From Candidatus Bathyarchaeia archaeon (GTDB lineage: Archaea > Thermoproteota > Bathyarchaeia > Bathyarchaeales > Bathycorpusculaceae): 40,992 bases of DNA. The number at the start of each line of letters is the position of its first letter. Positions within the stretch are counted from its first letter, which is position 1. The stretch is from the NCBI GenBank assembly GCA_038865865.1, contig JAWBZV010000011.1, forward strand, positions 1 through 40,992, read 5' to 3'. The notes below the pieces were generated by a model. It made no database searches, had not been told where the DNA came from, and worked only from the letters and a program-made list of their open reading frames with translations. Made by a program: the position numbers and the translations under genes. This document shows, piece after piece, positions 9,288 through 17,237 of the stretch.

Positions 9288-10187
9288 ATGGTTAAAAGGG
9301 CGGTAGACGTTTTGAAAATTGGGATTGTAGCAAAAAATGTTAACGCGTATGGGTCGACAGCTCTGCGGGAAGCCTTGGTTAAGCGGGGCATCCCACACGA
9401 GTTCCTAAGTTTTCCAAAGCTCGTTGCACGCGTTGGATATAAGCCATACCTGAATGGAGGTAGACACGACATTTTAAGAGATTTTAACGCCCTAATAATC
9501 CGTCCAATCGGGCGGGGCTCCCTAGAGGAAACAGTTTTCAGGATGGACGTTCTTTATAGGCTGCAAAGGCAAGGGTTATACATTGTGAACCCTCCGGAGG
9601 CAATTGAACACTGCGTCGACAAATATGACATCCTAGCCATGCTGGAAGATAATGGCGTTCCTGTTCCCCGCACTGCTGTAACTGAAGATCCAGAGGAGGC
9701 TTTGAAGCTTTTCCACGAACTAGGCGGAGACGTCGTCGTGAAACCCCTCTTCGGCTCAAGGGGGGTGGGCTCAACCCGCGTCAGAGACCCTGATGTTGCA
9801 GCCACAATCTTTGACGCCATAACCTTTTATCATGGAGTAATATACATGCAGGAGTTTGTCCCCCACGGCTTTTCGGACATACGTGCCTTCGTTATAGGCG
9901 ACCGTGTGGCAGCTGCCATGCGCCGGGTATCAACAAGCTGGAAGACAAACTATAGTCAAGGTGCCCGCCCGGAGCCCATCAAACTGGATAGTTCGCTTGA
10001 AGATTTGGCCGTTAAGTCCTCAAAGGTTATAGGATGCAAAATTGCAGGCGTGGACATCCTCGAAAGTCCTAGGCCGCTGGTTATCGAAGTCAACAGTCAA
10101 CCTGGATGGAAGGGCCTACAATCCGTAACAGACATAAACATTGCAGATGAAATCGTGAGCTTTGTGCTCTCAGAACTGAAAAAGTAA
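9288..10187 (+). CDS. RimK-family ATP-grasp ligase (MptN/CofF-like cofactor alpha-L-glutamate ligase)
   Basis: 299 aa. ATP-grasp architecture with a central 'GGDVVVKPLFGSRGVG' loop and C-terminal 'VIEVNSQPGWKG', typical of RimK/MptN/CofF. Neighbourhood with C1/H4MPT genes. Confidence 0.7.
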   Translation: MVKRAVDVLKIGIVAKNVNAYGSTALREALVKRGIPHEFLSFPKLVARVGYKPYLNGGRHDILRDFNALIIRPIGRGSLEETVFRMDVLYRLQRQGLYIVNPPEAIEHCVDKYDILAMLEDNGVPVPRTAVTEDPEEALKLFHELGGDVVVKPLFGSRGVGSTRVRDPDVAATIFDAITFYHGVIYMQEFVPHGFSDIRAFVIGDRVAAAMRRVSTSWKTNYSQGARPEPIKLDSSLEDLAVKSSKVIGCKIAGVDILESPRPLVIEVNSQPGWKGLQSVTDINIADEIVSFVLSELKK

Positions 10188-10210
10188 AGGGGGCACCCAA
10201 TTTAATAGAA

Positions 10211-10987
10211 GTGGAAGTAGCTAAAATTGACGTTGCGTCTAAAAAGTTCGAGAAAATTAAGGATTACGTTGCCGAAGAAAAGCCCCTGAACATATTCATA
10301 AACAAAACTCAATATGTCACCATATTCTGTTACCCAATGGAGCTTAAGGAACTAGTTGTAGGCCACCTTCTCTCAGAAGGTGTGATAAAAAACGTTGAGG
10401 AAATAGAGCAAATAACCTTTGCTGAAGGCGGAATATGCCACATAAGCCTAAAACCTACCGTGAACCTTGACGCTCGGTTGAGGCTTGCCCAGCGGCTGTC
10501 CCGCATAATACCCTCAGCTTGTGGAGGCCCATATCAGCCTCAAGCCCTGAAGAGACTTAAAAAAATCGAGTCAAAGCTGACCGTTAAGGCGGAGACCATC
10601 CAAAACTGCACAGGCAACCTGAACCGCATGGCGGAAACCTTTAGAAAAACAGGAGGAGTCCATGCGGCCGCCGTCTACATGGCTGACGGAACCCTGTTGG
10701 CTTTAGCTGAAGATGTAGGCCGCCACAACGCTGTGGACAAGGTTATAGGGAAGTGCGCGTTGAATGGAACGAATTTCAAAGAGTGTTTTATAACTCTAAG
10801 CGGTAGACTTTCAGCCGACATAGTTTTAAAAGCTGCTAGGGTTGGCATACCAATAGTCGCCTCAATAGCTGCGGCGCTGGATTCAGGTATAGAAATCGCC
10901 AAGAAGGCGAACTTAACGCTTATAGGCTTTGTCCGCGGGAATCGCATGAACGTCTACAGCGTTCCTGAAAGGATATTACTTTCCTAA
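10211..10987 (+). CDS. fdhD: FdhD-family sulfurtransferase (pterin-cofactor sulfuration / formate dehydrogenase accessory protein)
   Basis: 258 aa with the conserved 'DVGRHNAVDKVIG' motif of FdhD and a Cys-containing 'SACGG' loop. Confidence 0.75.
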   Translation: MEVAKIDVASKKFEKIKDYVAEEKPLNIFINKTQYVTIFCYPMELKELVVGHLLSEGVIKNVEEIEQITFAEGGICHISLKPTVNLDARLRLAQRLSRIIPSACGGPYQPQALKRLKKIESKLTVKAETIQNCTGNLNRMAETFRKTGGVHAAAVYMADGTLLALAEDVGRHNAVDKVIGKCALNGTNFKECFITLSGRLSADIVLKAARVGIPIVASIAAALDSGIEIAKKANLTLIGFVRGNRMNVYSVPERILLS

Positions 10988-11107
10988 AAGCCTGGCACAT
11001 TCCACGCAAATTCCATGGTGGAAATGGCAGCTTCTGCAGACGCGCTTACCGCATCTTCGGCAAGTGTAGCTTGCAACTCTTCTTTTACAAATGGCGCATA
11101 GGTCCAT
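10984..11107 (-). CDS. Small (41 aa) zinc-ribbon protein with four CxxC pairs
   Basis: Found by manual translation of the minus strand; it is below the 60-aa track cutoff. Sequence MDLCAICKRRVASYTCRRCGKRVCRSCHFHHGICVECARLL. Its ATG lies 6 nt past the thi4 stop. Its stop overlaps the convergent fdhD stop. Confidence 0.3.
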
Positions 11108-11113
11108 GAAGTT

Positions 11114-11911
11114 TTAGGCGCCCTTGCCTTTAAGCTTCTCTACAACTAGCTGCGCAACCCTTGCGCCGCTGAGAAGCATTCCTCCAAATATGGGTCCCAT
11201 GCGTGGCGTTTGGTCTATGGCGGCAACAGCCATGCCCGCAACAAAAAGTCCAGGGCAAACTTCCCTCGTGTTTTTAACCGTTAACTCCTCAGCCAGCGAG
11301 GACCACATGGACTTTTCGCCTTTGATGATTATTCCCAGTTCCGGAATTTTTCTAGAGGCTACAGCGAGAACCTCCGCATCATGGCCTGTGCAGTCAATTA
11401 CGGCTTTTGCTTTAACAGCCAAAGGGTCAACGTGGATGCCCGCCATGATGACGGATGTCCACTGAACAACAACGCCGACAACCCTAAGGGGCGCATCTCG
11501 ATATATTAAGTCGTCAACAGTTACGCCCAAAATTATTTTTGCCCCTGCGTCAACAGCTCCGCAGGCCAATTTCGCCATCATGTCAGCCGCATCCACGATG
11601 AAAAGGCCGTCTTCCACTGGTTCAAGTCTGCAGCCAACATCTTTGAGAATATGGTCCGCTGGCGACTGCACAACTACTTTGTGGAACTGCATGCCTCCGC
11701 CGCCTATTCCCCCGCCAAAGGATAGCTTCCTCTCAAAAACAACAGTTTTCAGCCCAGCCTTAGCCAAATGTCTAGCAGCGGTCAAGCCGGATGGGCCGGC
11801 TCCAACGACTACGACGTCTGTTTCAGCCAAGTTTATCCAGTCTTCCATTGCTTTCTGAATTATTGCCCTTGTTATGACTTCCTCTTCGACTTCCCTAACC
11901 TTTTCAGCCAC
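11114..11911 (-). CDS. thi4: Thiazole synthase Thi4 (archaeal type)
   Basis: N-terminal FAD/NAD Rossmann '[14 protein letters not shown]' and '[11 protein letters not shown]' Gly-rich motif diagnostic of Thi4/THI1. 265 aa. Confidence 0.85.
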   Translation of the reverse strand: MAEKVREVEEEVITRAIIQKAMEDWINLAETDVVVVGAGPSGLTAARHLAKAGLKTVVFERKLSFGGGIGGGGMQFHKVVVQSPADHILKDVGCRLEPVEDGLFIVDAADMMAKLACGAVDAGAKIILGVTVDDLIYRDAPLRVVGVVVQWTSVIMAGIHVDPLAVKAKAVIDCTGHDAEVLAVASRKIPELGIIIKGEKSMWSSLAEELTVKNTREVCPGLFVAGMAVAAIDQTPRMGPIFGGMLLSGARVAQLVVEKLKGKGA

Positions 11912-12124
11912 TAGTTATTCCTCCAGCCCTTAGGAAAAGCTTTATACAGCTTTAAAACCGTTTCCTCATTAAGTGACCAAACATGCGGTGTCAAGTTTGC
12001 GGAAAAATCATAACAGGGAAACCCCTCATGCGCAAAACGTGTTGTGTGAATAAGCTTTACATTTTCTGTTCTGAAGAGTGCCTGCGGAAATGGTCTAGGA
12101 ACTGGCTTAAACGCCAAATATAAC

Positions 12125-13486
12125 CTAAACACTGTCTAATTTTCCTCCAACAATTTCAACTACAAGTTTTGCCAAGGAAACAGCATCCCTTTCAAAAACA
12201 ACTATCATGGGTTCCTTGCCAAAATCCCCCCTATGATAGATCACATCTGGCGCCCTTCCAACACTTTTTATAGCCTCACTCACACCCCAAGGTATTGTCA
12301 TACCCTCAACCCCCTTGATTTCCACGGGCTCTTTTGTGCGGTCATAGGAGGCTATGGTCAAGCCGCGTTTTTCCAAAATTTTCAGGGTTTCCTCTGAAAA
12401 CTTCAGGTTTATCACCGCCCTTTTATCCTCATCATATTTAATGGCTTCAACCAAGTACTTGGCTAGATGACGGGAGCACCCGAATTTTGGGCTTCCGGCA
12501 GCCCTAGCACCGCTCAATGTTTTAACGATTCTCCCCTCTATAGCGGCGACGTCACCGACGCTTTCAGCATACCTAACAGCCATGGCAATGTTCATACCCA
12601 CCTCCGGCACAAGCTCCGCAACTCCTGGACACCCCTCTAAAAGGTTTTTGGCCTTCTCCAAATTTAGCAAAACCTCGTACCTTGAAGCTTCCCGGTAGAG
12701 ATAAGCCATAGGATTCACTGGACCATAGCCCTTTCCAATTTTTAAGCCGAACTTTATGCTTAAAGCCACAAGGTTCTTGGCGTTTTCCACAGCTTTTGGA
12801 ATATCCAGTTTTTTGGCGAGTTCGGCGGCGATGGCGGCTGAAAAGCTGCATCCAGTTCCATGGGTAGTTTTCTTGTCAAGCCTGGGCGACGTGAACCTCC
12901 AGAACCTGCCCTTATAATAGAGGATGTCTGTAACTGTCGCGCCGTCGATGTGTCCGCCCTTAACCACAACCGCCTCCGGGCCCATCTCTGAAATTTTTTC
13001 CGAGGCAATTTCGGCATCCCTTAAGTTTTTAATATCGACTCCTGAAAGCCTTTCGGCCTCAAACTTGTTAGGAGTAACAACAGTTGCATTGGGGAGAAGT
13101 TGCCCTTTTAGGGCTTCTATGGCTTCAGGCTTCAGTAAGGGCGCACCAGACTTAGCAATCATCACCGGGTCTACAACCAGTGGGAAATTGTACTCTGAGA
13201 TCGTTGAGGCCACAGCTTTTATAATTTCCCCCGTGTGAAGCATGCCTGTTTTTCCAGCGTCGATGCCGAAATCTTCGGCGACAGCTCTAATTTGCTCGCT
13301 AACAATTTCTGGACTTAAATCTTGAACAGCCCTAACCGAGTAGGTGTTTTGAGCTGTTACGGACGTGACGGCGACTGTTCCATGAACACCCAACGCTGCG
13401 AAAGTTTTCAGGTCCGCCTGGATTCCTGCGCCTCCGCCGGAGTCGCTTCCAGCTATTGTTATGGCAACTGGAATACGGCTTTTCAT
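12125..13486 (-). CDS. thiDN: Bifunctional HMP-P kinase / thiamin-phosphate synthase ThiDN (ThiD N-domain fused to archaeal ThiN C-domain)
   Basis: N-terminus '[24 protein letters not shown]' is the ThiD signature. The C-terminal 200 aa match the ThiN family. The likely start is ATG 13486 (or 13492), giving an ATGA overlap with the thiC stop. The track ORF is extended to 13558. Confidence 0.85.
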   Translation of the reverse strand: MKSRIPVAITIAGSDSGGGAGIQADLKTFAALGVHGTVAVTSVTAQNTYSVRAVQDLSPEIVSEQIRAVAEDFGIDAGKTGMLHTGEIIKAVASTISEYNFPLVVDPVMIAKSGAPLLKPEAIEALKGQLLPNATVVTPNKFEAERLSGVDIKNLRDAEIASEKISEMGPEAVVVKGGHIDGATVTDILYYKGRFWRFTSPRLDKKTTHGTGCSFSAAIAAELAKKLDIPKAVENAKNLVALSIKFGLKIGKGYGPVNPMAYLYREASRYEVLLNLEKAKNLLEGCPGVAELVPEVGMNIAMAVRYAESVGDVAAIEGRIVKTLSGARAAGSPKFGCSRHLAKYLVEAIKYDEDKRAVINLKFSEETLKILEKRGLTIASYDRTKEPVEIKGVEGMTIPWGVSEAIKSVGRAPDVIYHRGDFGKEPMIVVFERDAVSLAKLVVEIVGGKLDSV

Positions 13487-14784
13487 AGGCATTGGCCCTC
13501 CACATTGAGGGCTTCCTTCAAAATTTTTATAGCACAATATTCTGAACACATGGAGCATGTTCCAGGGCTTTTCGGCTTCACCCGCCCATGAATTTTCTCA
13601 GCTTTTTGGGGGTCAATAGCGTTTCTAAACTGTCCCTCCCAGTCTAGATTCGCCCTAGCCTTGGCCATGGCTAAATCCTGCTTAGCAGCTTTAGCCCCAA
13701 ACTTTGCAATATCCGCGGCGTGGGCTGCGATTTTTGTTACTATCACACCCTCTTTAACGTCTTCTAAGCTCGGCAAGCCAAGGTGCTCCGCAGGGGTCAA
13801 GTAGCACAGGAAGTCGGCGCCCGCCAGACCCGCAACCGCTCCGCCTATAGCCCCAACGATGTGATCGTATCCCGGCGCCACCTCGGTGACAACAGGGCCT
13901 AGCACGTAAAAGGGGGCACCCTTGCAGATGGATTTTTCAAGCTTGACGTTTGCAGCCACGTCGTTGAGGGGAATGTGGCCGGGCCCTTCAACCATGACCT
14001 GCACGTTTGCATTCCTCGCCCTTTCAACAAGTTCTCCTATTGTGAGCAGCTCTTGGATTTGAGCCCAATCTGTCGAGTCAAATATGCAGCCGGGCCTTAA
14101 ACCATCACCTAGGCTTAGGGTGAAATCATATTTTTTGGCAAGCTCCAGCAGATAGTCGTAGTTCGCGTATAAGGGGTTCTCCCTGTTGTTGTGGAGTATC
14201 CATGCAGCTAGGAATGTTCCGCCGCGGCTCACAACCCCCATCAGCCTAGGATGCTTGGCCAGTTTTTTGACAATCTGCTGTGTGACGCCGCAGTGCACAG
14301 TCATGAAGTCAACCCCATCCTTGGCGTGTTTTTCAATGGTGTTGAATATGTCGTCCTCCGTCATGTGAATTATTGCCCCCTTCTTCCTCGCAACCTCCAC
14401 CGCTGCCTGGTAGATCGGGACGGTTCCTATTGGAACTTTTACAGCCTTAATTATGGCTTTCCTCACCTCGTCTAAGTCGCCTGCTGTGCTTAGATCCATA
14501 ACCGTGTCTGCGCCATATTTGACGGCAACTTTGGCCTTCTCAACCTCGAGGTTTAAATCGCACATGTCTGGACTTGTGCCAACGTTGGCGTTAACCTTTG
14601 TGCGTAACCCCTGGCCGATCCCCACAGGGTGGACGTTTTCGCGTTGAATGTTGCGGGTTATAACGACCACGCCTTTGGCTATGCGTCGGCAGATCCTTTT
14701 CGGAGATATCCCCTCATCCTCAGCGACGATACGCATCTCCTGGGTTATATGGCCATTTTTAGCTGCACCCATCTGCGTTGTCAC
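13483..14784 (-). CDS. thiC: Phosphomethylpyrimidine synthase ThiC
   Basis: Full-length similarity to ThiC including the C-terminal radical-SAM cluster motif 'CSMCSEYC'. GTG start at 14784 preceded by GGGAGG (14791-14796 complement). Confidence 0.9.
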   Translation of the reverse strand: MTTQMGAAKNGHITQEMRIVAEDEGISPKRICRRIAKGVVVITRNIQRENVHPVGIGQGLRTKVNANVGTSPDMCDLNLEVEKAKVAVKYGADTVMDLSTAGDLDEVRKAIIKAVKVPIGTVPIYQAAVEVARKKGAIIHMTEDDIFNTIEKHAKDGVDFMTVHCGVTQQIVKKLAKHPRLMGVVSRGGTFLAAWILHNNRENPLYANYDYLLELAKKYDFTLSLGDGLRPGCIFDSTDWAQIQELLTIGELVERARNANVQVMVEGPGHIPLNDVAANVKLEKSICKGAPFYVLGPVVTEVAPGYDHIVGAIGGAVAGLAGADFLCYLTPAEHLGLPSLEDVKEGVIVTKIAAHAADIAKFGAKAAKQDLAMAKARANLDWEGQFRNAIDPQKAEKIHGRVKPKSPGTCSMCSEYCAIKILKEALNVEGQCL

Positions 14785-14849
14785 AGAAAACCTCCCTTAT
14801 CTAAAACTAAAATTAACGCTTTAAAGAAGTTTGTAGTCACAACAGCTCA

Positions 14850-14950
14850 CTCCATTATCCCTCCGCCGGCATTACCCGGATCAGGTTCTAAGGGTCGACG
14901 GCGCTCAGCCGTCCTCTCAGCCGGGTCACCGCCCAGCTCCCCAACCCTTG
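14850..14950 (-). ncRNA. TPP riboswitch (THI-box) in the thiC 5' leader
   Basis: The minus-strand RNA reads ...GGGCGGUGACCCGGCUGAGAGGACGGCUGAGCGCCGUCGACCCUUAGAACCUGAUCCGGGUAAUGCCGGCGGAGGGAU.... It contains CUGAGA and a near-consensus 'ACCUGAUCNGGNUAAUGCCNGCGNAGGGA' block, with compensatory CCGGGU/CCGGCG pairing relative to E. coli thiM (CUGGAU/CCAGCG). It lies 70-170 nt upstream of the thiC GTG. Confidence 0.8.
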
Positions 14951-14995
14951 AACCGGTAAGGGTTCCCTTATATAAAAACCCTTCGAATGCATGCG

Positions 14996-15829
14996 CTAAA
15001 AGGACAGCCCTTTTTCGTTTTTCCACTTCTCGTAGGTTATGGCTATGGGAACTGAAACCAGCTGTTTTTTGGTTTTAAGCCTCACCTGCTTTTCGTAAGG
15101 CCTAATGTAAATCTCCTCTTCCAACGGGTGGATTTCAAGAGTTGCATAGCCATATGTGACGAGAAAACTTGTCATGAAAGCCCTGTACACGGTGTCCTTG
15201 TAGGTGGCAACCCTCACAAAGTCCCAGTATCGAATTTTTCCGTCCACGCCTTCAGCCTTAACACGGCTCTTAAGCTCCTCCCAGAAGTTTTCAAGCTCTT
15301 CAGTGAAAGCCTTCTCCCTCAAAATTCGCTGCTTTACAAGTTCCTCAAGGGTGACAAAGCCGGCCTCCGTCTCAGGTTGCTGGAAAGTCTGCCACCTCTC
15401 CTTTAGGGGTGTTAGGCCATCCCAGTAACGGATGGCCTCAGCCAAGCTGTGGAGGGATATTTGCTCCATTTCAACAATTGGATGCCAAGCTTTAAGGAAG
15501 ATTTCAACCATTTCCTCTTTACCCAAGCTTCGGATTTTCTCTTCAAGGAGGAAGGGGTCTGTGTAAAGCGATGTGGAGCGGTGCTTAACCCATTCGCTTT
15601 GAAGCTTTATCACTGAGGCTATGCGGTTGATGGCCTCGGCGTCAAGGCATAGGTCTTCAACGTCCTCCCACCCAGGGAAGTATTCCCTAACAATTTTTAA
15701 GATCTCATCAACGTTTAGCAGGAAGGGGTCTAAGGAACGCTCCTCAATAGACCTGCAAATCTCGATGACGCGTTGAAGTTTTTCCCTTCCAGCTTTAACG
15801 CGTTCCTTTTTGGACTGCATCGGAAACAT
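14996..15829 (-). CDS. Possible ScpA-like kleisin (segregation and condensation protein A) / hypothetical
   Basis: 277 aa. N-terminal 'SLDPFLLNVDEILKIV' loosely resembles the ScpA N-terminal helix, and the C-terminal 'SFLVTYGYATLEI' resembles the ScpA winged-helix end. Same strand as the SMC-like gene, 1.4 kb downstream. Weak. Confidence 0.4.
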   Translation of the reverse strand: MFPMQSKKERVKAGREKLQRVIEICRSIEERSLDPFLLNVDEILKIVREYFPGWEDVEDLCLDAEAINRIASVIKLQSEWVKHRSTSLYTDPFLLEEKIRSLGKEEMVEIFLKAWHPIVEMEQISLHSLAEAIRYWDGLTPLKERWQTFQQPETEAGFVTLEELVKQRILREKAFTEELENFWEELKSRVKAEGVDGKIRYWDFVRVATYKDTVYRAFMTSFLVTYGYATLEIHPLEEEIYIRPYEKQVRLKTKKQLVSVPIAITYEKWKNEKGLSF

Positions 15830-15909
15830 CTCTAGTTAGGGGTTAACCCTTAACCTTCAGGTGTATATGAGAATTCGCTGGTGCACGATAAAAAGGTATT
15901 CTCCACTTT

Positions 15910-17145
15910 TCAGCCGCGTCTAAATTTCCTTATGAAAATCGCTGCAACTAATGCGGCTATCACCGTGACCGCGGCTATTACGGCCGTTGCTGAAATCCAT
16001 GTTGTTTGCCCTGCTGGCGGAAACTCTCCACTCCCATCTTCCATAACTTCCAAAATTACTTCTTTCACGTCCTCAAGGTTACTGTTCCACGACCAGAGTT
16101 CAGCTTGAACGACTGCCTGCCCTTTGAAGTTCATTTTATCAGGTAGCCTAAAAGCGAAATGAGCCCCAGCCTGCCCGTTTGCGCTTGGTATTTCAACATG
16201 GCTTGAGCCTAAAAAGCCCGCTTCCTCTCCGCCGAAGAAAAGGCGGTAGCGGACCTCCGCCTCGTAGACAACGGCTAACATGTCGTTGCCCCTCCTCACG
16301 GCAACCTCTATGGTTACATTTTCTCCGGGCTTGTAGGCGCCTTTACCCGTTGACATTTTCTCAATCCAGGCAAACTTGCTTTCAGCCTCCTTAAACTGTA
16401 GGGCGTAGTCGCATCTCATCGTTAGTAAACCCAGCCTAAGCTCTGTTGAAACCACAAATCGATCTTTAACCCACTTGGACTCATGGCGGAGCACACCCAT
16501 CTTTCCCTCCTGTATGGACCATTTCCCATCAGGTACTTGAACGCCTTCAACCTCCCAAACACCTACAAGGTAGGCGTCGAAAACCTCGGGTTTGCCTTTG
16601 AAATAAGTGTCAATTGTAACCCTACAGTCTTTTGAGTACACTAGATTTGGCAGGTTCAGCTGGTCTGTAAGCTTAATGGAACCCATGGCGTAAAGCATGA
16701 AGTAGGCTTCATTTTGCCTTGGGATTTCACAATCATACTTTACAAAGATTCTGAATGGGAAGGCTAGGGATGGAGAGCCGTTCACGGTCCATTCTATGAC
16801 GCTGTAGTTTCCAACAGCCGTTTCATAAGTTAGGTTGGAGCGTTTCCAATTAATTTCTTCCTGTTCGCCGTCTTTAACGTAAGTTACTTTAATGTTCTGG
16901 GCGTTTGATGGCAGGGGATAGAACATTTGAACTTCGTTGATTGTCTCCCCCCACATTTTCTCAAAGGTGTATATTCCCTCAACCAGAGCCTTTGGCGGGT
17001 AAACGTGGATGGTTATGTTTTCCTCAGACATTTTCACTCTATAATTGACGGGTATTGGGTTAGATTGACAGACAGGTGTTAAGACAAGCAAGAGCACTAA
17101 TGCTGAAGCCGTGGCGGCAGAAATCCAAATTGGTCTTCTAATCAT
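15910..17145 (-). CDS. Secreted, membrane-anchored hypothetical protein
   Basis: 411 aa. N-terminal signal peptide-like segment 'AATASALVLLLVLTPVCQS' and a C-terminal hydrophobic anchor 'ISATAVIAAVTVIAALVAAIFIRKFRRG'. Beta-rich Thr/Tyr/Trp central region. Confidence 0.5.
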   Translation of the reverse strand: MIRRPIWISAATASALVLLLVLTPVCQSNPIPVNYRVKMSEENITIHVYPPKALVEGIYTFEKMWGETINEVQMFYPLPSNAQNIKVTYVKDGEQEEINWKRSNLTYETAVGNYSVIEWTVNGSPSLAFPFRIFVKYDCEIPRQNEAYFMLYAMGSIKLTDQLNLPNLVYSKDCRVTIDTYFKGKPEVFDAYLVGVWEVEGVQVPDGKWSIQEGKMGVLRHESKWVKDRFVVSTELRLGLLTMRCDYALQFKEAESKFAWIEKMSTGKGAYKPGENVTIEVAVRRGNDMLAVVYEAEVRYRLFFGGEEAGFLGSSHVEIPSANGQAGAHFAFRLPDKMNFKGQAVVQAELWSWNSNLEDVKEVILEVMEDGSGEFPPAGQTTWISATAVIAAVTVIAALVAAIFIRKFRRG

Positions 17146-17237
17146 TTTAACCCCCTATAACCCATCCTGTTTGGAGGATATTATCCTAACTTTTAGTACA
17201 CATTATCCAACCGTTAGAACATAAGCTGAAACGATTT

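Noticed and set aside
11911-12132. 73-aa ORF between thiDN and thi4
   Set aside because: No recognisable motif. It overlaps the ends of both flanking genes. More likely a non-coding spacer of the thiamin operon. I checked for a second THI-box here (CUGAGA / CCUGAUC) and found none.
14629-15078. 149-aa plus-strand ORF overlapping the thiC start and leader
   Set aside because: It covers the riboswitch and the start of ThiC on the opposite strand. Pro/Ser/Arg-rich low-complexity translation; antisense artefact.
15846-15860. Perfect palindrome GGGTTAACCC between the secreted-protein gene and the ScpA-like gene
   Set aside because: Too short and isolated to call a terminator or operator. Noted only as a possible restriction-site-like or hairpin element.
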